A stretch of 64,000 nt of DNA from contig CAWBAT010000005.1 of the NCBI GenBank assembly GCA_963786955.1, positions 928,001 to 992,000 on the forward strand. Reading direction: 5' to 3'. The DNA is from an uncultured Acidimicrobiia bacterium. Its GTDB lineage: Bacteria > Acidobacteriota > Terriglobia > Versatilivoradales > Versatilivoraceae. Both the position numbers and the translations under genes were made by a program. Shown piece by piece: positions 54,257 through 64,000 of this stretch (position 1 is its first letter; each line of letters opens with the position of its first letter). The notes beneath the pieces were generated by a model. That model was not told the origin of the DNA and did not search any database. It saw nothing but the letters and a program-made list of their open reading frames with translations.

Positions 54257-57059
54257 ATGAGTTGGAATGAGATTTGCATTGGACCGTGCAGTCTAATCAA
54301 GACTTGTAGAGATTCTCTCTTCAGAAGCCTTTTCCTTTTCCCCTGCATCCTATTCTTATTTTCTTCTCTACAGGCCACCTCAGGTGCCCCCGCCGACAAA
54401 TATGCCGGCTTGACCATTGCTCTCATCGAATTCAGCTCAACTGATTCCATCAAAACCGATCATCTTTATAAGACCATTAACATTTCCGTGGGACAGGCAC
54501 TGAATTCCGGCGATATCCGCCACAGTATTGAGAATCTATACAAGACGAAAGAATTTTCCTACGTCGAGGTGGATGCTGAAATCCGTGAAGAGGGATTGGT
54601 CATCACCTTTAACCTCACCCCAAACTTCTTTTTTGCGGATTTTCGGATCTCCGGGGACCTCGTGATCAAACCAACGATCTCCAATCTGGTTCAGTTGCCC
54701 ATTGGCGAGATTTATTCACACAAGGCCGTGGAGGAGTTGTCCTCAAGCGTATTGAGGGCTTACCGGGATGCCGGTTACTACCGGGCCGCCGTTCACCCTG
54801 ATATTCAGTTCCTTCAAGAATCCCATTTGGTCAATGTTAACTACCGGGCGCAGGCCGGGCCACGTGCGACCATCGAGAAAATAGAAATCACCGGATCGCC
54901 CCAATTGGATGTGAAGGAAATTTTGGCCGTCATCAAGATGCGACCGGGGCGACCATACAGCGGAGAGATGCTGAGGAAGAATTTGGAACGGATTCGAAAG
55001 CTCTATATTAAGCGCGGGTTCTTGAATGCCAATATCCGGTTGGAGAGCATCCATTTCGAAGAGAAAACTAATACGGTTCAGATCACGATTTTGGTGGATT
55101 CCGGATCGTTTGTTTACATTGAACTGGCAGGCGGGAAGATTCCACGAAAGACGCTGCGTCAGCTCATCCCGATTTATGAGGAAGCCAGTATCGACCCGGA
55201 TCTGATCGAAGAGGGTCGCAGGAATATCGAGGATTTTTTCAAGCGCGAAGGGTACTTCGACGTCACGGTCGAGAGCGAATTCATTGAAGTCCCGAGTGAA
55301 AAAGCTTACCAGATTAATTACAAGATCGATCGGGGAAATCGCCAACGAGTCGTCTCAATCGCATTCCAGGGGGCCAATTATCTTGGACGAAACCAGCTCC
55401 TGGGGGCCTTGCAGACCCAACAGGGTTCGCTGACGGGTAAAGGAAGGTTTAGCCCGGAATTGGTGAAGCAGGATGCGGATCGAATTCGAGACCTTTATCT
55501 CCAGGAAGGGTTTGAACAGGTCGTTATCACCCCGTCCTTTGAAGATGACCCGTCGGGAGTCAATGTGACCATTACCTTTCAGGTGAATGAAGGCAAGCAA
55601 ACTCTCGTTTCCGAAATCCACGTCGCGGGCGATACCGTGATGTCCAAGGAAGAGTTGTTGAAGCGAACCAGCCTAAACCCCGGAATGCCTTACTCTCAAA
55701 AAAAACTCGATGAAGCCCGCCGATTGATCGAGTCGACGTATCTGGGGCTGGGGTATCCGGATGTGATGGTGGAATCCAAAGATTCAACGCATTTCTCCGG
55801 AAAGAGTTCAAATCGACTATATCGTGTTTGAAGGGGTAAGAATCCAGATTGGTGATATTTACGTGGTCGGAAATCGATTGACCAAGCGAAAAATAATCAC
55901 CCGCAGTATTCTCTTTCACGAAGGAGACCCGCTCAGCATTGAAAAAATGCTTACCAGTCAACAGAAGCTCTATGGCCTGGGAATTTTCGACCGGGTGGAG
56001 ATTGTTCCAGTCAACGTCAACCGGAGCGACGACTATCGTCCAGTCATCATCCGCGTTGAAGACTCCAGTCCGCTCGTTTTGGGATATGGTTTCGGGTATC
56101 AAACCAACGAGGGCCCTCGTGGGACTGTTGAAATTACACGCAAAAACCTTTTTGGTCTGGACCGATCCCTCAGTTTCAGGGTCCGGGCAAGCGTTCTGGA
56201 ACAGCGAGGACAGATCACCTACCGCGAGCCGCGCCTTTTCAATCATGACCTGGATTCCTCTGTGACCTTGTATGCCGAGAATGCCCCGGGCTACAACCTC
56301 CCTTTTAACACCGCGCGTGTGAACGCATCGATGCAAATTATGAAGCGATTCCATCGTGTCGACAACTTCTTCATTCGCTACAATTACGAAACCGTCAACC
56401 TTTCCGATGTTACCGTCAATCCGGCGGCCACAGGATTTGAAAACCTTGGCACGTTGCGACTTTCAACCTTCTCCACGGCGTGGCTCAGAGACACGCGGGA
56501 CGACCCGTTTGAACCTCAGAAGGGGACCTTTAACACGGTGAACTTCTCTGTGGCAGCCAAAGCTTATGGGTCGGAAGTGAATTTGGTCTCCGTGTTTGGT
56601 CAAACCCAGATGAATCGGCGAGTGTACAAGAAGACAGTTCTAGCCACTTCTTTTCGGCTGGGTCTGAAGGGGCCATTTGGCAGCACCCTCGACGTTCCGA
56701 TTTCTGAACGCTTTTTTGCCGGCGGTTCGACTACCTTAAGGGGGTTCGGTCTGGATCTGGCTGGGCCACTGGACCCGGCAACGGGGTCTCCTCTCGGAGG
56801 AAATGCTCTTTTCATCGCAAATTTCGAGCTGCGTATTCCTGTGGCGGGCAATTTCTCTGTGGCTCCGTTTTATGACGCCGGAAACGTTTTTGCAAGGATC
56901 CGGGATTTTAAGCTGGCAACGTTTAGCAACACTCTTGGAATCGGGTTACGGTACAAGACACCTTTTGGCCCGATCCGGGTTGATATCGGGCGGAATCTTG
57001 CCCCCCCGCCGGGGCAACCGTCGACCAAGGTTTTCTTTACTATCGGGAATCCCTTTTAA
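54257..57059 (+). CDS. Omp85-family outer membrane protein (BamA/TamA-like) with multiple POTRA domains (frameshift near 55780-55825)
   Basis: Repeated POTRA motifs (YRDAGYY, YIKRGF, FKREGYF, YLQEGF), NLFG barrel start, ERFFAGGSTTLRGF, GLRYKTPFGPIRVD, terminal Phe. Confidence 0.88.
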
Positions 57060-57151
57060 GTTGGGGTGTATCATAATATTCATATTCGTACGTTAGATTT
57101 TGAGCGCTGTATGGGTCTCCTATCCAAAAATAGAGAATTGAAAGAAATCCA

Positions 57152-57880
57152 ATGAGAGCGAAAAATGTCCACCGAGTGTTCCGAGTGTTTGGAATCCCAG
57201 GGTCCGGCTCGGTGGCAACAATTGTCCGAATTGTGTTCATTGGCTTGATGTTTTCCCTGAGCTCTCCTTTCATTGGTATCTGCGAGACGATTGATCGGAT
57301 TGTTGCGGTGGTCAATAATCAGATCATCACGTTGAGCGATCTCGAAGAAGAAGAAAAATTCTATCACTTGGATCATCGTCTCCAGTCTTCGAACCAAGAC
57401 AATCTAACTGAAGAAAAAGCTATCCAAAGAGAATTGATCGACAGAATGATTGAAAAACTATTACTGAGCGAGCAGATTGTGGGATTTCCCGGAAGCAAGA
57501 TAACAGATGAAGAAATTGAGGCTCAGCTCAATGCGTTACAAGAAAAATGGGGAGGGAAAGACCCATTGGATCAAATCCTGCTCGATTCGCATACCACACG
57601 GAAAGAATTGAAAGAGCACTTGCGATGGCAAATTCTGGTTTTGAAGCATGTTGACAGCCGGTTTCGTCAATTTGCCGTCATCGATCCCGCCGAAATTACA
57701 ACGTATTACCAAAAAACATTGATCCCAGAAATGGAACGCAAAGGAATTCAACAGTTTCCGCCACAGGCTGAGTTAGAGCCCAAAATACGAGAAATTCTGA
57801 CTGAAGAGAAAGTTAATCAAGCCATCGAAGAGTGGCTGGCTTCGCTGAAGGACACGGCTAACATTCATATTTTTGAGTAG
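57152..57880 (+). CDS. SurA N-terminal-domain chaperone-like protein (no PPIase domain evident)
   Basis: ETIDRIVAVVNNQIITLSDL, helical core, EWLASLKDTANIHIF C-terminus. Confidence 0.78.
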   Translation: MRAKNVHRVFRVFGIPGSGSVATIVRIVFIGLMFSLSSPFIGICETIDRIVAVVNNQIITLSDLEEEEKFYHLDHRLQSSNQDNLTEEKAIQRELIDRMIEKLLLSEQIVGFPGSKITDEEIEAQLNALQEKWGGKDPLDQILLDSHTTRKELKEHLRWQILVLKHVDSRFRQFAVIDPAEITTYYQKTLIPEMERKGIQQFPPQAELEPKIREILTEEKVNQAIEEWLASLKDTANIHIFE

Positions 57881-60800
57881 TTGGATGACAGAACTCTGGA
57901 TTCTATGAAATTTCGAAAACTATTGATTATTGCCCTACTCCTGTTGTTAGCCGGGTTATCACTTCTTTCGGCGTATTATTGGCTGAATCATGGCCCCATT
58001 GAAGAATCCCTGAGAAAGCAACTGGTTGCATCTCTGAACAAGTGGACCGGGGGCAAATCTTCTGTGGAAGCTTTGACCGTTCATTTTTTCCCTCCGCGCC
58101 TTCTCATTACCCATCTGCGAATAGACACTCAGGAGCTCTCTTCAGGTTCCCCGTTACTCTCGATTCCGGTGGTTGAGCTAAGGCCTCGATGGCGCAGCCT
58201 GTGGCTGTTTTCGTTCCAAATCCAGAGGTTGCGGATCGTCGAACCATCGATCCATCTGGGATTCGGACTGAACGACTCTACGAATCTACCCAACAGAAGG
58301 GCTACGCTAGATCCTTTTCTCCTGCAAATTCACCACCTCAGCATCGAGAACGGAAACATCCAAATCAACGAAAAGAACCTGGCATGGAATGTTGAGGTGG
58401 AAGGCGCGCATCTGTCCGCGGATCGGCCTATGACCCGGGAATCCTATCTTACTCAATTGGGTTACAGGAAAGGGACTGTGCGTTGGGGCAAGGTTACTTT
58501 GACCGGAGGGCTCGACCTTACCTGCGAATGGCTGCGCGACACCATCAAGCTGCAACGCCTCGTCCTGACAACCAACAACTCCGGGCTTGAAGCAGAAGGA
58601 GTTTTGGAAAATCTCGCGGCTCCCAGAGGGACGCTGATTTACCGCGGGCATTTGCAGGTGTCGGACATTCATCCTTTTGCACCACAATTACCCGATGTTC
58701 AGGGCGTATTGAATTTGCAAGGACAGTTTGAGTTCTCACCCGACAGTTGGCGGAGTGTAGGAAAGCTGGAAGGGCAGAAGCTCTCGATGAAACACTCGCA
58801 GGTGGACCGCCTCAGCTGTGACTTCGCTCTGAACTCGAAGCAATTTGATTTCCAGAAAATCCAGCTGGAAGGACTAAAAGGTCATGCCGCCGGAAGCGTG
58901 CGGGTAGACGATCCCTTCCATGCCCTCCTGTTCACTACTGACTTGACGCTGAACGGGATTGATTTATCTGGTCTTGCACAGGTCGCTGGCTTGTCAACCA
59001 TTACCCCTACCGGGCAAATTCAAGGGTCGCTGCGGGCAACTTGGCGGGGGCCAGGGAAAGATTTCAATGGAGAAGGGCATTTGAAAGTACTTCCGGGGCC
59101 AGATCACATCGACCGCCAGACCTCTTCTACTGCGGTTCTTCCGATCAGTGGGGACCTTAATTTTTCGGCCAATGACACAAGCCTGTTGTTCCACAACACA
59201 CAGCTGCAACTCAAACAAAGCAGGTTGAAGCTTGAGGGCAACATCTCTCCGGGTGGCGATTCTAGAGTAGGATTAGAATTCCACTCTGAAAATTTGGGTG
59301 AGTTTGCATTCCTAATACCTGATCTTCGGGGTGAGGCTTCTTTTGAAGGTTCAATCCATGGAAACAGGCAGGCCCCGCGACTTGAAGGACAATTTCTCCT
59401 TCGCCACCTCACATTTGGAAATTATCAGGCCGATGAAGTCAAGGGGGCACTTCAGGCGAATACCCTGGAAATCCAGTTAGACCATACAACATTGAACAAA
59501 GCTAATTCTCTTGCCAACCTGCAAGGCAGACTACCCCTCAACCCCTCGACGCGCTTACCCAATGGAGACATTGACCTGGAGGTTCATGCACAAGATAGCT
59601 TAGCGGAGGACCTGGTTGCCATGATCGGAAGGAGTTTTCCGATCAGCGGCCGGATCGGCGGAGAATTGCGGCTCAAAGGGAATTTCCGGCAGCCCCTTAT
59701 TGACGGACACCTCGTCTTATCGAAAGGCCAGTTTCTCCAGCAGCCTCTTGAAAAAGCCGACGTAACCATCGAATATCAAGATCCCGTCCTGAATGTGTCG
59801 TCATTCACCTTAAGAATCGGTTCCGGCCATCTGACCGGCACTGCCCAAATCAATCTCCAGGAGCAGACATTTCATTCAAGAATGACAGGATCGGATCTCC
59901 TTCTCGAACAGTTGCCCTGGGTTCACCCTGAAAAAACCAAAGTGAATGGAAGCTTGCAAGGAATTTCGCTCGAAGCCGAAGGCTCTTTCCGTCGTCCGGC
60001 ACTGAAAGGACAGTTTGAGCTAAGAACATTGACGGTGGCAGGTGAGAACGTTGGGGACTACCTTCTTCACGTCAATACCGCCAATCAAGTCTCGAGCTTT
60101 ACGATCGCATCGATGAATCCTGGGATCCAACTCAACGCGGACGGAACCGTCGAACTAAACGAGAGCCTGTCTCTTAAAGCCCAGCTTACGTTCAATAATC
60201 TAATCCTGACCCCTTATTTCATGAAGGTATTGCCCGTCGTTCCTGAAAAACTCAGCAGCCAGGCCGCCGGGCAGGTCACTGTTTCAGGTCCTCTCAGCAG
60301 ACCTGAGGAAATAACTGTTAATGGCTTGTTACAGTCTGTAAAAATCCAGTTCCGCGAAGCACAGCTCCAGTCGGCCAAACCTTTTGAGATCGCAGTATCT
60401 GGTGAAAAGGCAGCCATCCGAAATGCTGAGTTTACTGGAAAAGGGACTGTCCTGATATTGAACGGCTCAATCGATCTCGCGGGCAAAGGACAACTGAACC
60501 TGGCCATGAAGGGTGAGTTCAATCTGGCCCTTCTCAACGAATTTACCAAAAGCTTGACGGCATCGGGAAGCGGGACGGTAAATGCCCAGGTCCGCGGCAC
60601 GTTGCATGATCCGCGGATTCAAGGGCAGGGAAAACTAACCAATGCCCAGTTTGCATATGCCGGGTTTCCCAATTCTTTATCTCAAACTAACGGAACGATC
60701 TTCTTTGACGAAAATCAAATTCGAATCGAAAACATCACCGGGACCAGCGGAGGGGGGAAAATCACGACGACGGGGAGTTTGCTTTTTGGAGAAGAGAAAA

Positions 60801-61807
60801 TAAAGATGTTGAATCTTAAGATTCAGGGTCATGAAGTCAGAATCCGATACCCGGAAGGGATGAGAAACGTGGTCGATGCGGATTTGGCCCTTAGAGGTTC
60901 CCAACAATCCCAGGTGCTCTCCGGCAATATCCGGGTTCTCAGTGCTTCCTTCCAGAAAGGATATGACCCACTCACTCAATACTTGGAAAATCGCTCGAAG
61001 ACAGCCAATTGGCCTGGAGCAAAGGATTTCGGTAACGAGCTGCATCTCGATTTAACCGTCGGCGGCGACCGAAATATCAAGCTGGATACCCCGCTCCTTC
61101 GAACCTTGGCCCGTGCAGACTTGAAAGTCAAAGGCACGGCAGGCAGGCCGTTCGTAACAGGAAGTTTGGAGGCAAGTGAGGGAGAAGTCTTCTTCCAAGG
61201 CTTGCGTTACCGGTTAACCCGAGGGCGGGTAGAATTTCTTAATCCCGTCCGCATCGATCCTCGAATTGATCTGGAAGCGGAGGGTGACGTCCGCGATTAC
61301 CGGATTGTCTTAAACCTAAGCGGAACACTGGACAAACTCAGAGCCAATATCCGCTCGGATCCCCCACTGCCCACCGTTGATATTTTCAACTTGGTGGCGA
61401 CTGGAGGTTCGGCAAAATCAGGATTAACGAGCAGTTCCTATCGCCCCAATACGACCGGCGGTCTCCAGCAGGACAGTTCCTCAGGGGCCGCAGCTATTCT
61501 TTCGGAAGGGCTTTCGTTAAAAATGGGCTCGCGCGTCAAGCGAATCTTTGGACTGGATAGTTTTCGAGTTGATCCACTCCTCATCGGAAACGAGCGCGAC
61601 CCAACGACCCGAGTGACCATGGGTCAACAAGTTACGAAAAACCTGGCAATCACTTACTCCACCAACGTTTCCAACAACGAGCAACAGGTCATTTACATCG
61701 AATATTTTCTAAATGACTCTGCGACCGTGATCGGCTCTCGCGACATTGACGGAGCGTTTGGTCTGGACATCCGATTCCGCAAACGACTGCGCCAGAAGAA
61801 TCAATAA
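57881..61807 (+). CDS. tamB: TamB/AsmA-like translocation and assembly module protein (DUF490)
   Basis: N-terminal anchor, about 1300 aa of beta-rich repeats, and a DUF490-like C-terminus (DPRIDLEAE...SDPPLP...FGLDSFRVDP...GLDIRFRKR). Confidence 0.85.
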   Translation: MDDRTLDSMKFRKLLIIALLLLLAGLSLLSAYYWLNHGPIEESLRKQLVASLNKWTGGKSSVEALTVHFFPPRLLITHLRIDTQELSSGSPLLSIPVVELRPRWRSLWLFSFQIQRLRIVEPSIHLGFGLNDSTNLPNRRATLDPFLLQIHHLSIENGNIQINEKNLAWNVEVEGAHLSADRPMTRESYLTQLGYRKGTVRWGKVTLTGGLDLTCEWLRDTIKLQRLVLTTNNSGLEAEGVLENLAAPRGTLIYRGHLQVSDIHPFAPQLPDVQGVLNLQGQFEFSPDSWRSVGKLEGQKLSMKHSQVDRLSCDFALNSKQFDFQKIQLEGLKGHAAGSVRVDDPFHALLFTTDLTLNGIDLSGLAQVAGLSTITPTGQIQGSLRATWRGPGKDFNGEGHLKVLPGPDHIDRQTSSTAVLPISGDLNFSANDTSLLFHNTQLQLKQSRLKLEGNISPGGDSRVGLEFHSENLGEFAFLIPDLRGEASFEGSIHGNRQAPRLEGQFLLRHLTFGNYQADEVKGALQANTLEIQLDHTTLNKANSLANLQGRLPLNPSTRLPNGDIDLEVHAQDSLAEDLVAMIGRSFPISGRIGGELRLKGNFRQPLIDGHLVLSKGQFLQQPLEKADVTIEYQDPVLNVSSFTLRIGSGHLTGTAQINLQEQTFHSRMTGSDLLLEQLPWVHPEKTKVNGSLQGISLEAEGSFRRPALKGQFELRTLTVAGENVGDYLLHVNTANQVSSFTIASMNPGIQLNADGTVELNESLSLKAQLTFNNLILTPYFMKVLPVVPEKLSSQAAGQVTVSGPLSRPEEITVNGLLQSVKIQFREAQLQSAKPFEIAVSGEKAAIRNAEFTGKGTVLILNGSIDLAGKGQLNLAMKGEFNLALLNEFTKSLTASGSGTVNAQVRGTLHDPRIQGQGKLTNAQFAYAGFPNSLSQTNGTIFFDENQIRIENITGTSGGGKITTTGSLLFGEEKIKMLNLKIQGHEVRIRYPEGMRNVVDADLALRGSQQSQVLSGNIRVLSASFQKGYDPLTQYLENRSKTANWPGAKDFGNELHLDLTVGGDRNIKLDTPLLRTLARADLKVKGTAGRPFVTGSLEASEGEVFFQGLRYRLTRGRVEFLNPVRIDPRIDLEAEGDVRDYRIVLNLSGTLDKLRANIRSDPPLPTVDIFNLVATGGSAKSGLTSSSYRPNTTGGLQQDSSSGAAAILSEGLSLKMGSRVKRIFGLDSFRVDPLLIGNERDPTTRVTMGQQVTKNLAITYSTNVSNNEQQVIYIEYFLNDSATVIGSRDIDGAFGLDIRFRKRLRQKNQ

Positions 61808-62049
61808 GGGAAGCTCTTAAATCAATAACCGGTCCCTTTCAGCCCAAAGACATGAATAAATTCGTAGGCAGCGTCGGGGAGGGCACGCGGCCTACAATAT
61901 TTTCAAAGGGGTAGTTTGGGTGTTGCCCCGCCAGGTTCTCTGATCCAGTGTGAACTTTCTCACCTTTCCCCATTTGACGGTTTCTACCGATCATGTCCAA
62001 TGTTTGGGGAAGAGAAGCCGCGCCTGAACGATTTTTTCCCAACTATGCT

Positions 62050-62478
62050 CTACAGCAGGCAATCCTGTATTCCTGGAATGGTTTCTGGGGTGGTTTTATT
62101 GGGTGGTGAAACGGGTCCCTTCATTTCCTGACTTCCGAGCGCCTGTTGACCCAAGTAATTCAAAAGTTTCTGAAACGACCCATCAAAATAGAAATCGACG
62201 AGCTGCTTGACCGCTACTTTTCGGGATTCCTCCAATTCCAGAGCCGGAGCATAAAGGTAAGCCTTCCCCTTTTTTATCCGCGTTACAGCTCCTTTCTGGG
62301 CTAGCCTGTCCAGGATAGTCATGACCGTGGTATACGCCAACGGGCGAAAGGGAGCTAGGAACTCTTGAACAGCGTGAACCGTCAAGGCGTTCCCCAACCA
62401 GATAGCTCGCAGACATTCCAATTCGAGCCGGCTCAAGTCCTGGGGTCCCCGGCACGAGCGAGGCGGGTGCGGATCCAT
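62050..62478 (-). CDS. BlaI/MecI/CopY-family transcriptional regulator
   Basis: LSRLELECLRAIW...LAYTTVMTILDRLAQKG...GKAYLY...FDGS. Confidence 0.88.
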   Translation of the reverse strand: MDPHPPRSCRGPQDLSRLELECLRAIWLGNALTVHAVQEFLAPFRPLAYTTVMTILDRLAQKGAVTRIKKGKAYLYAPALELEESRKVAVKQLVDFYFDGSFQKLLNYLGQQALGSQEMKGPVSPPNKTTPETIPGIQDCLL

Positions 62479-62491
62479 GACGGGACTTTCT

Positions 62492-63472
62492 TCAATCTTT
62501 TTTGCTATCGCTTTTGGCATTTCTTGGATACCTCTTAAACAATGGCCTCCCGAACATGTGATTGTAACCTGTCCAATCCCCTTCAATATTAGGATCGCTT
62601 TTGAGAACCATCTTCATTCCTTCCAGCTTACTGTCCAAGTTGTCCAGGCAGTGCAACACGAGGGCCTCCGGGAACATGGGTAACTTGGGACTCCCAAACT
62701 CGTACTCCCCATGATGAGAAATAATCATGTGCTGGATGAGCATCTTGAGTTCGGGTGGAAATTCCTCGATCTGGGCAATCTTTTGGTTTACCAGCTCCAG
62801 CTCCAAAACCATGTGTCCAAGAAGCTGCCCTTCGTTGGTATAGCTGAAACTCCTCGCATAACTCAGCTCCTGAGTCTTTCCGATGTCATGGAGAACCGCC
62901 CCGGTCAGGAGGAGGTCGAAATCCAGTTCCACGTAGTGCTGACTGATTAGGCGGCAGAGCTTGCATAAGGAAAGAGTATGTTCCAGTAAGCCTCCCAACC
63001 AGGCGTGATGCAAAGATTTGGCTGCCGGCGCCTGTTTGAAGCGGGTGGAAAAGTCATCATCGAGTAAAATGGCCATCAGCAAATCGTGCAAGTGGGGGTT
63101 TTCAAGACCATCGGCCATCCCGACGAGTTCCTCAAACATAGCCTCGACATCTTTGCTGGTCCTCGGAAAGTAATCCGCGAAATCAACCTCATCATCCTGA
63201 CAACGACGCAATTTGTGAACCGTGAGCTGAGTCTTGTTTCGATAGACCTGAACAAGCCCTTTGACTTTGACAAAATCATCCCGGCCGAACGTCTCTTCGA
63301 CTTCTTCCACGTTGTCCCACATTTTGGCATCCAAGTCTCCGCTCTTGTCTGCCAAGGTCAGGGACAGATAGGACTCTCCCGTTTTCTTGGATTTCACTTC
63401 TTTTGATTTGACCAGGAATATTGCGGTAATGGCTTGGTTCGCCTGAAGATCCGCAACAAAAATATCTTTCAT
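62492..63472 (-). CDS. yhaM: 3'-5' exoribonuclease YhaM family (OB-fold + HD domain)
   Basis: YLSLTLADKSG...AKMWD OB-fold, PAAKSLHHA...GGLLEH, LHDIGK, GHM, ISHHG. Confidence 0.88.
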   Translation of the reverse strand: MKDIFVADLQANQAITAIFLVKSKEVKSKKTGESYLSLTLADKSGDLDAKMWDNVEEVEETFGRDDFVKVKGLVQVYRNKTQLTVHKLRRCQDDEVDFADYFPRTSKDVEAMFEELVGMADGLENPHLHDLLMAILLDDDFSTRFKQAPAAKSLHHAWLGGLLEHTLSLCKLCRLISQHYVELDFDLLLTGAVLHDIGKTQELSYARSFSYTNEGQLLGHMVLELELVNQKIAQIEEFPPELKMLIQHMIISHHGEYEFGSPKLPMFPEALVLHCLDNLDSKLEGMKMVLKSDPNIEGDWTGYNHMFGRPLFKRYPRNAKSDSKKD

Positions 63473-63520
63473 GAAAGCCCTCGGATCATTCGCCCTCTTG
63501 ATCCCTTTCATCTAAGGTTC

Positions 63521-64000
63521 TTACCTCTCGAAAGTGTCCGAGAAGGAATTTCGATCAAAGATGATGTAATTGAACAACACCTGACCAGAAACCGAAATTG
63601 GTTCTGATCCTGATGTTGTGGGGCTTATTGTAGCGAGCTTTTGGTTCGACGGCGAAAGAATCTCAATTTTAATTTGAGTAATCGTTTTCCCCTTGTCCCA
63701 ATTTTTCGATTCCGTCAGGTCAACCCGCTCGCGGGTCCATTGATCACTCTTCTTCAGGCTTGCGCTCTGGCTGTGAGTTTCATCAAATTCGGTCATCTCG
63801 TCGTAACGCCAATAAATTTTTGCTTTGATGTCGCTCTCGGTAGCCTGGTATTTCAGGATCAAACTATCAAAGTACCGGCTGGGAGCCTTGAATGCCGGAC
63901 TGGAAAAAACAAAATTCTGAGCAACCGGGATTTGCATTCCCTCGATCAGCTTGTCTTGGGGGAAGGAGGGTAACAACGATGCGGCGACGGTCTTATCCCA
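63521..64000 (-). CDS. Hypothetical protein, C-terminal part (beta-sandwich-like); 5' end outside the window
   Basis: ORF of at least 151 aa open toward the window edge with a beta-strand-rich pattern; no family recognised. Confidence 0.55.
   Translation of the reverse strand, partial: WDKTVAASLLPSFPQDKLIEGMQIPVAQNFVFSSPAFKAPSRYFDSLILKYQATESDIKAKIYWRYDEMTEFDETHSQSASLKKSDQWTRERVDLTESKNWDKGKTITQIKIEILSPSNQKLATISPTTSGSEPISVSGQVLFNYIIFDRNSFSDTFER

Overview
64 kb of bacterial chromosome. Gene content and order (secF with a periplasmic insert, tonB-exbB-exbD-exbD-TPR, DUF503 in the infB operon, TPR-DUF4388) are consistent with Acidobacteriota; this is an inference. Most of the window is housekeeping: tsaD, rpmB, ridA, rel, secDF-yajC-tgt, ispG, tRNA-His, tRNA-Ser, the rimP-nusA-infB-rbfA-truB-rpsO-pnp cluster, and an Omp85/SurA-like/TamB envelope operon. 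An accessory-looking stretch follows tRNA-Ser (about 27.7-38 kb). Many genes, including infB, nusA and pnp, are split by small indels, most likely long-read consensus errors, so they are reported as joined CDSs. No CRISPR array, rRNA, integrase or transposase was seen. The strongest leads are: (i) a SecF carrying a ComEA/GspK-like helix-hairpin-helix insert, encoded just upstream of a receptor-less TonB-ExbB-ExbD-ExbD motor and a TPR lipoprotein; (ii) an orphan ParA with a small RHH-like partner and a palindromic promoter; (iii) a standalone UvrD/PcrA-type Tudor-like microprotein; (iv) a MITE-like inverted-repeat element. All calls come from reading the sequence; no searches were run.
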